A stretch of 64,000 nt of DNA from Vitrella brassicaformis CCMP3155. Its lineage: Eukaryota > Protista > Chromerida. The stretch is taken from the NCBI GenBank assembly GCA_001179505.1, contig CDMY01000333.1:52294-116293 (forward strand). The letters run 5' to 3'. The position numbers and the translations under genes are program-made. The notes below the pieces were generated by a model. The model worked only from the letters and a program-made list of their open reading frames with translations. It was not told the origin of the DNA and made no database searches. This document shows positions 1 to 13,516 of this stretch, piece by piece (position 1 is the stretch's first letter; every line of letters begins with the position of its first letter).

Positions 1-1613
1 CTGTCGGAGGTACATATATAGACAGACCGACAGACAGACAGACAGACAGACAGGGTGTTGTCTGTCTGTCTATGTCTCCTCCCTCCCTCACTGCATGTGC
101 TGCAGATCCCCTGAACCGCACTCACCTCTCATCCGCCAAGTTCGCCCGCTTCCTCCGTGAGACGGGCATTGTGGCCTCACGCCCCTCCCTGCAGCAGACC
201 AAACTCACAGAACTGACCAACGACACCACCAACCAAGATGGCAGCAACATCCGCCCCCTGCCCCTCCGCGTGCTGCCCGCCCCGGCCCTCACCCAGGTGC
301 AGGCCGACCTGCTCTTCGTGCGACACACCAAGGCCGCCACCACACTGCCCAAGACGGGGCTGAGTGCCGTGCCGTCGCAGGGAGACAAGGGCGACGATGA
401 GAGGAGGTCTGGGGTGGGGGCTGGGATGGTGCGCAGCACAAGGCATCACATGGAGCTGCACCAGTGGTTAAAGGTCGATGAGAAAAGGACACATACAATA
501 CACTCGCCTTAGCCAAAAACGTCCATGTCTCGCTTTTGTGTGTGTTTCCAGGCGTTGAAGGAGTTGTCTCGCGAGGTGCATGCGGCGATGGAGAGCGAGA
601 ACCCCTCACCCATGGACTCCCTCACCACTCACATCCTCAAACCCCTGTGCGACGCAACCGTCGCCAAGGACCATACCGCCGAGACAGCGGAGGTCAAGGC
701 CATCAACACCGACCCCCTCGTGAAGGAGCTGCTCGCATCCATCCGCCCCCGCGTGAAGCAGCTCTTCACCCACTACGCACGGGGCGGCCACTCCCTGCCC
801 CTGTCGGGCTTCCAGCAGCTGTGTGCCGACTTCGACGTGTCGGAGCTGCTGGCCCCAGTGACCATCCAGCGCACATACTGGAGTGCTGTCTCGGCCGGCA
901 ACGAGGAGGACAGGAAGATCGAGGCCAATGAGATGAGCTTCACGGCCTTCCAGCTTGCCGTGGTCACCCTGGCCAGCAAGGCCCCTGTGCCGGAGTTCAC
1001 CGATAGCGAGAAGAGCCAGTGTGTGAGTGCGGCGCACGAGCACTTCAAGATTGCCCCTCATCTCGCCCCCGCTGCATACGCCTCCGAGACATACATATCC
1101 CTGCTGTTCTTCCTGTCGCGTCTCAACGCGTCGAGTGCGGCCGCGCGCTTCCTGCCTCCCCCTCTGCCGACAGCCGCACCCGAAACTACCTGGACAGTGC
1201 TGCGGGAAGGTGCGCACGCGACAACACAAGTCACAACACCACAGGTTGTAGACATGTCTCTTCTTCTGTGTCCATGTCTTGCTGTCTGTTCGGCAGTGAT
1301 CGAGGGCAAGCCCGGCCAGACGAACGGCACGACACCCACGCCAAAGGCGGCCACAGGTGCAGGGACCCTCTTCGCGCTGCCCCCGCTGCCACTGGCCATG
1401 GCTCCCCACGGCACACACTCACGCACACGGACGACAGCGAGGCGCACCATAGCCATTCACCATGGGGGGACGGTGGGGGTGGGTGCGAGGGCGGGCGCCG
1501 GTGCGGCAGGGCCAGCTGCGGATAGGGCCGCCGAGGAAGGAGACAAGAAGGGCAGCGGTGTGGTGGTGGGCGGCTGGTCGGATATCAAGGCCGCCCTGGA
1601 GGAGCTCGAATGA
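1..1613 (+). CDS. 5'-partial multi-exon gene with repeated p25alpha/TPPP-like (EF-hand-like) domains
   Basis: Exons read LSSAKFARFLRETGI...LTQVQADLLFVR...MELHQWLK|ALKELSREV and VKQLFTHY...GFQQLCADFDV...MSFTAFQLAVVTLA. This resembles the p25alpha pattern (KFAKLCRD...LT.TDVDIIF...F.QF.EAL..LA). GT-AG introns at about 10-105 and 474-551; stop at 1613. Confidence 0.5.
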
Positions 1614-2151
1614 GCATAACACAGATAGATGAAATGATAAGAGACAGACAGACAGGCAGGCAGGACTGAGTGGGGCGGTCGATGATATTGATATGTATAA
1701 TGGTGACGGCCTTTTCTAATCTCAAGGTGGACGTGGCGGAAAGAGTAGGGAGCCATGGGATGGGCGGTGGGTCAGTGGGCCTCTTTCTTTTTACTCTAAG
1801 CTTTGTTTTGTTTTATTTTCCCAACCTTGCAGGAAGATACAAACAAGGAGAGAGCGATGGAATGCAGGATACGGAAACGATCGCTGACGGACAGTGGCAC
1901 ACACACACATAATGAATGATGCATGATCGCGCTTCAAGTAGTGGATCGGATCCGCCGTCCGTCATCATGTAAGGACCCATTTGTCCATCCATCCAGTCCA
2001 CCACGCAACGAACAAAACTGCCCCTCGTGAACACGTGTGCGTCCAATCAGAGCCATCGACACTAGCCAACACGCCACGCATTCACGCAGCACACCAGCCG
2101 TCCCAACTCAGTCACTACACTAACCCCCCACGCAATCCATACCCCCTCCCC

Positions 2152-2451
2152 NNNNNNNNNNNNNNNNNNNNNNNNNNNNNNNNNNNNNNNNNNNNNNNNN
2201 NNNNNNNNNNNNNNNNNNNNNNNNNNNNNNNNNNNNNNNNNNNNNNNNNNNNNNNNNNNNNNNNNNNNNNNNNNNNNNNNNNNNNNNNNNNNNNNNNNNN
2301 NNNNNNNNNNNNNNNNNNNNNNNNNNNNNNNNNNNNNNNNNNNNNNNNNNNNNNNNNNNNNNNNNNNNNNNNNNNNNNNNNNNNNNNNNNNNNNNNNNNN
2401 NNNNNNNNNNNNNNNNNNNNNNNNNNNNNNNNNNNNNNNNNNNNNNNNNNN
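2152..2451. other. assembly gap (N run)
   Basis: About 300 N. Confidence 0.99.
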
Positions 2452-2539
2452 CTCCCCCCCCACCACCACACACACTCTCACAGAACTAACTCCCCCTCCC
2501 AGCCCCCTCCCTCTCCCGTGTGTGTCTGCCTATCTCTTC

Positions 2540-4876
2540 TTATCCGTATCGCGGGGGCATCTGCATGTGTGGGTGGTGGAAGATGGGTGGCATCGGGAGG
2601 TTGGGTGTGGAGCCGATCATCCCCGCGGGGGGCGGCGGCCGCACCACCGCCCCCGAAGGGGCCCCTCCAGGTCCGGGTCCTCCCCCCAGCATGCTCGTCG
2701 AAGTGTAGCTCACCTGAGACCTGACACAAAGGAAGGAAAACACCGAGAGAGGTACATACCGGTGAGTGATGAGCTGTGTCCCCGCTACTCCCCCCACCTG
2801 TTGCTTGCGACACCGCCCGCAGCACCACCCTCTGACAGACACAACAAAGGCAGCAGAGGATACACACCCACCCACATGTGTATGTGTATGTGTATGTGTG
2901 TGTGTGATCGATCACATCACATGACGTACGTTGTCCCGATGCTCCCCTTGACTGCGGTCCCTCCTTGAGATTGGCGGTGGACACGGTCTGGAATGGGTCC
3001 TGCTGCTGCTGCTGCTGCTGTGGGAGGCGGAGTCCCCCGCTGTGGGGGCTGTGGCGCACACTCAGAGCCTGCGCCGGGGGCAGGTTCTGACGGGCCGTCA
3101 CGTCGCCGCGGTCAAAACGGCCCTTGAGCAATGTCAACTGATGGAGTGGACACACACACAGACAAACAGACAGACAGACAGACAGGTAGACAGACAGATG
3201 AGCAGAGTCGGATGTGTGTATGTGTTGGGGTGTGTGGGGTCTGGTTGGTGGGGTGGGTTGCCTCGTTAGTTGCTCGAGCTAGGTTGGTGTGGAGACCCTC
3301 AACTTGAGCCTACAGGTCAAGGCAGATAGATATGGGGAGGGGGTGTGTGTGTGTGTGTGTGTGCGGTGGTCAGTTGCCTGTAGGTGTTCCTGCATCTGAA
3401 GTGAGCGCCGCTTATGGCCCTCCAACACACCCAACCTGCACTCACGGACACGACAGCGACAGAAGGCAACAAACATTAGCAGCAGGTGAATGGGTGGGGG
3501 GGGGCCTCTCTGTCATTCCTCTCTCTCTCACTTAGATTCGATCTTGTTGATGAGCGACTGCATGTGCTTCCGGTGGTCCGACACGTCATCCTTCGCCTCC
3601 TGCACACACACACACACACACACACATAAAGACAGTCTGTCGGGTTCTTTTCATCAGATCAATGGATGGACGGATGGACGGATGGATGGATGGCTGGTTT
3701 GGTCTCGGCACCCACCAATATGCCCGCGTCCGTGACCCGTTTGAGGTGTTCGAGCGCCACCTGCAGCTCGCCCACCTTATCAGTCATATTGCCAACCTGC
3801 TCAACGATGCTAGACAACTACACATGACCCCCACACCCACACCCCCACACACGCACACACAGAGGGACAAGACACACGAGTGAACCCCATTGCCATCCAT
3901 CTCATTGTATGTGTGTGTGCCTGGATGTGTGTGTGTGGGTTACTTTGTGGTCGAGTGCCTGTAGGTTTCTGTTAGCGGTTTGGTCCTTGGCGCGCAGTTC
4001 GCGGCGGATGTCCTCCCCCTCGTGCCGCAGATGCACCACCGACTGCTTCACGCTACCCAACTCACTCGACAACTGACACAAGACACATCCATAGAAACGT
4101 GTGTGCGCCTGTGGAGGGGAGGTGGCTTTTTGGTTGGTAGGCAGGCACCTTCTGCTGGTTGGTGAATTCTCGTTGGTTGAGTGCCTGCAGTTCCTCAGCT
4201 ACGTCCTGGATGGCCTGCTTGGCCGTCGACACGTCCTCCTTCTCCTGAGCCTCCAAACGGTCCTTCTCCTGACCACCGACAAACACACAACACACCAACA
4301 CAACACACACATCACAATGAGTCTCCCATCCCAGCCCTCCTGCGAAGGGGTGTACAGTACACCAACCATACATACCTCTGCGAGTTGCATGACTTTGTCC
4401 CTGAGGGTCTTGAGCTCCTGCTGCGTCTGGGTCAGAGTGCTCTGCAGGGTGTGCTGGCTGGAGGAGGCGGCCTTCTTGAGCTCCGACAGCGATGTGGCGT
4501 GCGCCTGGAGCCCCTCGCGCAGCATGCGAATGTCACCCGCCACGTCTTCCGGCTGAGCCCCCAAAGGAGCACCGGGGTGCGACGCACGAACCTAGTAGGA
4601 TACATACACAACAACACAACAACACAACACACACAACAGGACCATTGATCAGCCATTACATTACGGCGTTCAGCTCACGTTGATGTTGGGCGCCCGCAAG
4701 CCGGTTCCTGAGGTGGATCTGACGACCTGTGCAGGCGTGAATGGCGGGAGTGCGATGGAGCTGGGGGGGCCGCCGGGTGTGGGAGCGGGCGAGCCTCCCG
4801 GGCCCGGCTGCAGGCGAAGCTGGGTGGGAGGCAGCGCCACAGGGCGCCCCGGCAGACCGGGCGGCGGGAAGTACAT
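2540..4876 (-). CDS. hypothetical coiled-coil protein with Pro-rich N- and C-termini (multi-exon)
   Basis: First exon MYFPPPGLPGRPVALPP...; heptad-rich exons (DIRMLREGLQAHATSLSELKK..., EKDRLEAQEKEDVSTAKQAIQDVAEELQAL); last exon ...HMQMPPRYG*. Exons are separated by microsatellite introns. Confidence 0.65.
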
Positions 4877-5025
4877 TCTACCTGAACAGACGATGGGGAA
4901 TGCATGGAATTATGGTCCTTCTTCGTTTCTCCGGTCATTTGCCCTTCCTTACCCTTTCAAGTGGGTCCGCAGAGAGGCCGCTACGTGAACATCACACAAC
5001 CGACTCGTCTGTTTACACGGCAACT

Positions 5026-5035
5026 GCGAGCTCAG
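5026..5035 (+). promoter_or_regulatory. GCGAGCTCAG motif in divergent intergenic region
   Basis: The same 10-mer recurs in other head-to-head intergenics (13458, 27912). Confidence 0.45.
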
Positions 5036-5167
5036 AAAGGTTGAGCTGAGGAATGTCATGGAATGTCATGCATGTCGAGGCAAGGGCGCGTGCACTTCAG
5101 CTACAGCCGCAAACCAGGCAACGATCCCCGTGATCTGCCAGTGATCTGCCGCTCGTAAGGCGCTGAC

Positions 5168-8100
5168 ATGCTGTCATTGTGGTCCCTTCAGCGAGTGGTG
5201 AGGCTCAAGACATCCGCACAAGACACCCGCCGCCCAGACGCCAGCATCCACCTCGTCGCACGGCGATGCTGCCCCGCCTATGAGCTGCTCGCCGTCGGCC
5301 TCAGCACGCCCCACGTGCTCATCCGGTTCTGCTCAGGCGGCAGCAGAGATGCCCTGCTGGTCACTATCGGCCTCCCCGACGACGGACCTCTGTCAGCCAT
5401 GGACCTCTCGCCCGACGGCCAGATCCTCGTCGGCGCCACGGTGTCGCGCCAGGTGGTGGTCATTCCCGTCATGCAGCACGTGAGGCACCACCTGGCCTCC
5501 CACCCTGCAGCGTCGAGGGCGTCTGCTGGCGGGATCGCGGGGCTGCTCTCGTCGTTCACACTCGTGAGGTGGGTGGACAACGGCCTTCCCACGACGGCAG
5601 AGATCCGCACCATCGGCGTCCCCTCCCTCACTGCCGATCCCACGGGCGTGTCCTATGCCGTCTGGTGGGCGGCCGACGTGCAGCGCGGCGACAGACAGAG
5701 GCGGAAGAGCTCTATTGGTGTCGGTGGCGGCGAGGGGCGTGCCGATTACGTGTTTCTGAGCACCTTTGCTGGTCGGCTGGTGTGCTTCCATCTGGGGACG
5801 ATAAGCGAGGTGTTTCAGCTGCAGATCCCCACCAACGCGAGCATCGTGTCGATGGAGCTCTGTGAGACGGCTGAGGCCTCCTGGCTGCTGCTCGAGACAG
5901 TGAGGGAGCCCAGAATGTGGCGCCTGCCGCTGAGGGTGCCGGGCGGCGGGGAAGGCACAGACGGGGCGCAGTGGATTGTGGAGGGCGACAAGAGGAGGGC
6001 CGGCATGCCGCCGTTCGAGTGGGAGGCTGTCAACGTCGCTGCGCAGCAAAAACTTCGCGTGCAGGTGCGCCAGCCTCAAAGGGTAACAAGAGATCAGCAG
6101 TCACGCATTTGCTGTGTGTTTGTCGCAGCACCGGCGGCAGGGCGGCAGTGGTGGATCTCCCTCCAGCAGCGAGGCACCTGCCCCCTCCTCCCAGCAGTGT
6201 GTGATCGGCTGTCTGCAGCCCTCGTCCAATGAGATCATCCTCTCGCCCCCGTCCATGCCCGACTGCCCTTTCGCCAAGATACCCCTCCCACCCCCACCTG
6301 AAGATGCGCAGGCGGGCGTGGCTGCTTCTGGTGCTGGTCGTGGCGGTGTGGAGGGCGGCGTGAGTGTGCAGCTGTACGATGCCGTCATTCTGCGTGGCGG
6401 GTGTGTGCTCACCCTCGCCAACGTCAAGGGCGGTAGCGACGGACACACCGTCGTCACACTGTGGACGGCGCGCCCCTCGGCACTGGTATGGTATCATGCG
6501 TCGAGATCCACGCCTGCCTGCCCGTTTGTGTATCTGGTGTTCTGTCTGTTGTGCCTGCCCTGTGTGTGATTCACTCAGTCTGATTCCAGCCCCCAGTGGC
6601 ACAACGCGCGCATCCAGGAGTTCTGTCTGCCGCCGGGGCAGCGGGTGCTCGGCTCCCTGCCGGGCTACGACTACGAGCCAGCCTTCACGGCAGATGACGA
6701 CAGCACTGAGGGCCGCGATCGCGAGGGCAGCACGTGGGCCTTCCTGTGGACGGTCGAGTGTGTGTATGTGCTGCGGGGCGCGACGGCCGCCATGTGCAGC
6801 CAGCTGGAAGAAGCCATGTTCCTCGGAGTCGTCATCCAGGTGCGCATGGCATGAAGGCCGAAAATGGGACCACCCTGACGACTGGCTGAGTACGGTTGAT
6901 TGCACTCGTGTGTGTGTTTTGTGTTTGTGTGTGCAGAATATTCTTGATGAGGAGTCTGATGGTACTGAGGGGTCGGACACGTCACCCAAGAGCCCACACC
7001 CGCCATGGAACGGCCGCACCTCACCCACGCGAGAACCTGCCGCCGACGCCGGTGGGGGCAGCCCTCTGCTCAACGGCGTCCCGGCAGGCGCCGAGGGGAC
7101 CGTTTCCCCATCTGAGCGGGAAAGGTACAAACCAGGAAAGAGGTGCCGGGAGAGAGAGAGAGAGACCCATGGATGTGTGTCTATCGCCTTTCTGTTGTGT
7201 TCGGCAGCCGGCCCAGCCGTGATCGTCGATCGTCCCTGCAGAGGTTCGTTGGTCCTGGATCGCTGCTCGACCTGCAACAAGGTAAGGTACCAAGCGAATG
7301 AAGGGAACACCTGACACCTGATATATCAGCAACTCTCCCCTCCCCCTCCCTGTCGGTCTGATGCGTGCAGGCCTTCCCTTGCTGTGTTGGGCGCTTGACC
7401 TGGACTTCGATGCCGTCGTCACATCTGGCGGATCGCGGTTCTTCGTGTCCAGCGAAGCGCCAGCCTGGACACCCACCCTGGTCAAGAACCGACTCACCGG
7501 ACCTAATGACGTCAGAAAATTCGCTCTCGAGGTACATACACAATTCTCCCAGCCGGGACCATAACCACAGCACACCACAGCACAGCACAGCATCTGTCTG
7601 TGTGCGATCGATTAGGTGTGGGGGCTGGTTGGCCAAGTATCGCTCGACACGCTCCACCGGACCCTCTTGGCTGTCCCCTGGGAGCCGTCGGCCGCGCCAT
7701 TCGCCGCTCGGCTGCTGCAGCTGCTGACGGACCACTGGGGGGAGCAGTCGGCCATGCAGCCAGCCAGCCACCGGTGGTACCTCAAGAACATCGCATTCCT
7801 CCTCGCACTGAGGCACATCGAAATGGAGAGGGCGCTCGGACGAGACCACTCTGGCCCCCAAGACAGAGACAGTGAGGGCGATCTCCTTGAGTGGGCGGAC
7901 GATGTGAGCCGGAGGGCGATTGGCGGGGCTGTGGGGTCCGACCCCGACCACCCGTTCAAGTGTTCGTATCCGTTGTACACGGAGTGGGTCAAGAGGGAAC
8001 TCAGGGCGTGGCGGGCCTCCCAGCAGCATATGGGAGGGGAGCCGGCCGTCCAGCAGCCCTTTCAAGACAAACGGCATGAGGAGGGGGAACTGGATGTTGA

Positions 8101-10350
8101 TGATGTCGCCATGCCCCCACCACTGGAGTTGCCGGAGGGTCGTGTCGGCATCGATGTGTCCGGCGAGGAGGCTGCTGAGCCTCGAACAGAGGTGGAGGGT
8201 GGTCCTGCGTCCGCTCCTGCTGCTGCTGAAAGCGCCGAGCTGCGAGACGGAGAGCCGCCCTTAGGCAAGAAAGGTGAGTGAGGAATCGACGATGCACAGA
8301 CAGATGTGGCGGGACGGACGGGCACAATGATGGGGTGGACGTTCCTTCAGTTGTTCACTGGCCTGACGATCTCGATCGCACCATGTCGCTGCTCCTGCCC
8401 TTCAAACTCCAGTAAGTCAGTACATACTTGAGCCACACAAGTCTGTCTCATGAGGCACAAAGAAAGATGCCCTGCCCACTGAGCAGCGTCTGTCTTATTT
8501 GATGTGATGCAGGGTCCTCTCCCATTGCCGCGGCGGCCGGTCGCACCGGAAGTTTGAGTACACGCCGGCCACGACCGTGCACCTGGTCAGGTGCATCTCC
8601 CGCTCAGTCGCCCAGAGCCTCACCGCCCCCGATGAGAGTCCCCAAGCCTCCCTGGGCCCCCTGTTCTTCGGCCTCTTCTGGGAGCTCCTGACGCACCGCA
8701 ACCATGATGCGGGTGACGATGCATTGCGTGGATATCGCTACGACAGGGACGCCTCTGACGAGCACCGTGTGCTGCCTGACGGGCGGCCACAGCTGATGGA
8801 GGCAGTGGACCTGGCGAGACAGCCGCTGCATCTGGTGCTGCTAGCCGTGGTGACACTGGTCAGCTCTCTCCGGGATATAATGGCGACTCTGATGAAGGCG
8901 GAACCTGACACCTCCGGCGCCGCTGCCGTCGAGGGCCTGGTCCGTGTCACTTGGGAGGCCCTCTACGCCTTCTTCTGCTGCTGGAAGCTGGCCATCGCCG
9001 ACACCCCCTGTGCCCTGCACGTCAAGGGCGTCCGGGCGTCGTCTGAGGGGCAGGAGGGAGCTTCGTCACACTGTATTCACACGTCAGCCCTCGACCTGGT
9101 GCATGGAGTCGCCAGAAGGCCCGACGCTGCATCATCACAGAGGCGGCCGACAGCACTGGTCACTTCCAGCGACCGTGTGGCTGAGGGAGCGGAGAATGAG
9201 GGGGCCAGGCTCGTCAGAGTGGTCCCGAACGCTCTGGAGACCTTCATCGCAAGGCACTGCGACGGGCCACCCTCCCCTCACCAGTCGCCTGCCGATCCGG
9301 CTCTCGACGCCATGGCCCTCTGCATACCCCATCACATAGACGGCACACATGAGGGTGCTGAAGGCGACGGGCGGCCGTCAGCCTCCCTGGGTCAGTCGTT
9401 CGCCGCCTGCAGCAGCGACAGCCACAGCATGTGGTCCAGCAGCTCTGTCACCGATGAGGAGGAAGACGATCGCCTGAGCGCCCTCGACCATGACGGCGAC
9501 AACACGGCCGCCAGTGGGTACGCCACCCCCTCCCATACCCCTGCGGTGCTGAGGCGGATGCGGCGACATCGGCCGATCAAGGGGGGTGCAACGAGTCTCA
9601 AGCAGGGGTTCGGGGTGAGGTTGGAGGCGACGCCTTTGATGGTGCTCTATGGCCTGCAGCACTTCGTCATGAGCAAGTGGCCGGCGGGGGTCGATCAAGC
9701 GGCTGTAGCTGACGGAAGTCCACCCTCGTCGGTTGATGCAGTGGCTGCGGTGGATGTGGGCGACTGGATGGATGCTGTGGGGTCATGCAGCGACAGAGAG
9801 GCCCTTCGGTCCCTCTGGGAAGGGTCGGCTCGGTCGGCGGTGTCTGTCGAGAGGCTTCTCGGCACCCAAGAAGCTGCAGGCAGCGACGGCAGGGCGTGCG
9901 AAGGGTGGGATGTCACATCCAACAGGGTGCGCAGAGCCCCCACACACACTTGCGTAAGAGATCTTTTGTGTGCCTTGCCCGTTCAGGCGGCGTGTGATGA
10001 GGGCGTCCGTGAGCTGTCGCGGGTGTGGCGGTGCGGCCTCGGCGAGTGTGCCGGGTTCAGTGGGGGGATGCTGCTGGCCTGGATGGTAGGTGAAACCACC
10101 CACCACCACCCACCATCCACAGCTACTGACTATGTGTCTGTGTGAGTGTGTCTTTGTCGGTCAGGCGTGGAGGCATCCGTGGCTGTTCAGCGATCTCCCA
10201 TGGACGCCACATTTCCGACTCTACCTCACTCATGTGAGCAGCCGAGCACCCCAAGCCACCCACCAGTCAGAACGCCCCTGACTTCCTGTGTGGCTGGTGG
10301 GTTGTGTTCAGTGGAAGCGGCGTGTGTGTTCGCAATGTCGATGTGACTAG
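5168..10350 (+). CDS. large hypothetical protein, N-terminal beta-propeller/WD40-like region
   Basis: Long coding exons (5168-6070, 7616-8275, 8514-9910) with GT-AG boundaries. LSAMDLSPDGQILVGATVSRQVVVIP is WD-like. Family not recognised; 3' end approximate. Confidence 0.55.
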
Positions 10351-11306
10351 AGGCGAATGAGGATGTGGCGTGGCTGGCGTGTGGTGGTGTGTGGCCTTCC
10401 TTGTCTGTCTTTATCTATCCGGCTTCCATCGAGTGTGTGTAGCTGAATGTGTTTGTCGTCTTGGTGGTGTGTGTAGATAGTGAGTGGTTGGTACTTACTG
10501 AGTGGTGGGTGACGGTATGTGCATGCTGAGGCGATGCGTCTCTTACCGATAAATGAGGCAACGTCGGCCCTGTATCACAAGTTCTGTGATGCAAGGCCAG
10601 CCTTGCCACACCGAGCGGTAGGGACGCACGCGCAGCTGACTGACACATATAGGCTTGGAGAGGAGAGCTACCTCGTGTGATTGTGTCACGTCGCTCTTTC
10701 GGCTTCAATCGATTGGTCTGAGTGAGATGAGTGGGAGGCAGAGGCCAGCACTGACTCCCGGATGGACAGGCAAACAAAGTGCATCCAAGACGCGTTGACG
10801 CGTCCTTGATGCTCTGAGTCTGCCAGTCCATCGGTGAGGATTAGTGGCCCCCTGCCGCTCTGGTAACTAACGGTTGTGATGACTGTCCATTCATTCATCT
10901 GGCTGACGTGATTTGGTTCACATCACACATGCATCAATCACATCACATCCATTGTCCATCCGTCTCAGCAACACACAGCTGTACTGTACACGCAGAGCAA
11001 TCGCGTCAGGCAACACGCTGTGCTCATGTAGGCACCCATTTACAAACATGGTGGAAAATCTCACATGCTCGTCTACACACACACATGCGGTTTTCTGTTC
11101 TTCACACCACACACGCAGGCAGGGAGACACAGCCGGCACCCTTTCCTTGCACAAACACGCCCAAGTCCATGCGAAAGCCGGTGGCGGACACCGAAGTCCA
11201 CCCGATCGACCATGTCGTCTCTGTCGTCGTGCCTGCACCTGCCCTTGCGACGCTTCACAACACTGAACCAAAGCGGCTCTGCCGACCGGTCGGTCGGCTG
11301 CTGTCC

Positions 11307-13361
11307 TCACTGGTCTCTGGGCGCTGACGCGTGTCGTTCGTCAGGGCTCATCAGTGGCTCGGCAGCCTCATCAGCAGCAAGTCCACCATGCCTCATCACC
11401 TTGCGCACCCGCCGGACCGCCTGCCGCACCTGTGATGTGATCGTGCCGATGTCAAGTGCCACGAGGACAGCACTCGAGACCATCCCGACTGCAGCCACAC
11501 CAGCCAAGGTGAAATACATCTGATGGATGAGAGGAATAATTATTCGAGCAGGCAGAGGCAGCTGGGCTGCATGTAACGACGTTGTGCAGGGTGGGTGGGG
11601 GGGCCTGCTGTTCACTCACCTTTCGGATTTTCGCTTCCTGCAAATGGTGTTCCTTGACAGTGAGCAGCACCGCCACGGTGACAACAGTGGCCGGAAAGTG
11701 AAACAGCTTCTGGATCGTCAGCCTCCCTATCACAACAACCACAACCACAACCACACACACACTTGCCCCTGCCCTCCCGGCTACGTCTGTTCTTCTCTGT
11801 CTTTCCCCTTGTATACCTTGTTGTGGGAGTGTCAAAGCGCGGAGATTGAAGAAAGAGGTGTAGTGCATCCCAGCACAGAGCTCCTGCAGAAGGATAGCCG
11901 CCAGCCGGCTGGCCTTGCTCGAAGCGAAGCCCGCCAAAAGGTACGCACACACCAGCACCGTGTTGTAGATGCAGGTCGGCACTGTGATGACCGCCCTGTG
12001 CTCGTCGGCGTGGGCGGTGTCCCCATCAGCATGCTCAAAGAGAGACGATATGTGCCCGCCGATCCCCACAGCGACCATCATCGCGGCAAACAAGATTCCC
12101 ACCTCGGTGTCTGGCGGGAGGGAGGGGGTCCACAGGAAGATAAACACGTAGAGGGCGGAGTCGAAGCACGTCTGGATGACGCCGACACACGCCACCTGCA
12201 CACACACACACACACACGCGCAGTATGAAAGACCAATCAATGGACGAACTGTGTGTCTGGCGGAAATACTGCAGATGCTTACACGTGTGTCGGTAAGGGG
12301 CACCATCAGCGCGTTTCTCACCATCTCCCAGAAGTGATGCAACTCATAAGAGTCCTCGTCGCGACCGTGATTCTCCCCCCACGAGAAGCAGATGATGCAT
12401 CCCGACACCACCAGAGCGAGGATACCCAGATAAAAGGGCGCCAATATATCGCCCGTCGTGTGCACAGCGCCCCAAGCGGCCAGGCTGGCCACGATAGCGT
12501 TCAAGCTGTTGCCGGCTGTCATGTGCACGTATGTCTGCATCAGCAGCGCTGGCGCGTACGCTCTGTTGAGGTGTTCGGTGGCCATCCAGGCTTCGAACAC
12601 GTTATAGAGAATCATGACGGACATCCCAGACAGCAGACGCCCGACGAGCAGCAGCCAGAAGTTGTCCAGCAGCATCAGCAGACAGCTGGCCGAGTAGAGT
12701 ACGCAGAACAAGACGCACGTGGCCCGCCGACCTGCATCCACCACACAAGAGCAGACCATGATGCAGTCCGAGGGGCGGCTTCGCGAGGCCACGTGGGGTG
12801 TGGTGTGTGTTCTTCGAACCGACCGAAGTGGTCAGCCAGTGGCGCGACGATGAGTGATGCGGCTGCCTTGAGTTATCAAACAAAATCAACGGGAAGCAAA
12901 CATCGGTTGCGTCAGAGTCGGCACGAGTGGATTCAGGGTGGGATGGCTTACCATGGCGGAGTATCCACTCACGTAGAGGTGACTGATGCTCTCCATTCCA
13001 TGAGGCAAGTTCTTCGCCTCGTATACGCGATACAGGTACGGCCCTTGTACCTGGTCCAAAAATGATGCATCACGCGTGCGTGTCCTGCCTGTGTTTGCGA
13101 GATCCATCAGTGGCCACTCACCCAATCAGAGAACATTCCGGCGAGATAAGCTGCTATGAATGCCAGCTGGAACCGTTTGAAGCCTTCCCTCCCCTGGCCT
13201 TGGAGCACATCGTCCTTGCGGCTGTCTGCATGCACACCCGGTGCACCGGAGCAGAGGCGCGAGAGCCACTTGATAGCACAGATGACAAGCACCACACCGC
13301 ATAGCGTCAGAAAGGCCGCCGTCTCAGACTTCTGGAGCTGATTCGATAGATCAAATGCCAT
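11307..13361 (-). CDS. MFSD5: molybdate-anion transporter / MFS domain-containing 5 family (DUF791)
   Basis: FKRFQLAFIAAYLAGMFSDW|VQGPYLYRVY, GRRATCVLFCVLYSASC, GRLLSGMS..ILYNVFEAWMATEH and QTCFDSALYVFIFLWTP match the MOT2/MFSD5 signatures; many TM segments. Confidence 0.88.
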
Positions 13362-13457
13362 CGCAGGCCGTCACCTCTTCACTGAACCTCCTCCATTCTG
13401 TTGCCGCGATGCTGGTCCTTGTCAAAGGCGTTTGGATCGTTGTGTGAGACTGGGGGC

Positions 13458-13467
13458 GCGAGCTCAG
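13458..13467 (+). promoter_or_regulatory. GCGAGCTCAG motif between MFSD5 and CFAP61 start codons
   Basis: 155-bp divergent intergenic. Confidence 0.45.
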
Positions 13468-13516
13468 CCCGCATCCCTCGAGAATCTCATCCTTGCTCAA
13501 GCCCTTCCCCGCTGCG

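Noticed and set aside
1981-2724. ORFs spanning N runs (also 22860-23878 and 45610-46251)
   Set aside because: Artefacts of translating assembly gaps.
5051-5150. Short tandem duplications (gaatgtcatg x2, gtgatctgcc x2) and TGCATG in a promoter
   Set aside because: Too short and not repeated in other promoters; cannot be separated from chance slippage.
6030-7310. Long antisense ORFs (e.g. 6030-7310, 11452-12792 read-through, 36705-37784, 44505-44981)
   Set aside because: Shadows of GC-rich sense exons or read-through of stop-poor microsatellite introns, with no independent motifs.
11073-11309. Possible TGA read-through or selenocysteine at the MFSD5 stop (frame stays open about 75 codons)
   Set aside because: The extension runs into (GT)n-type sequence, no SECIS was recognised, and open frames are common at this GC content.
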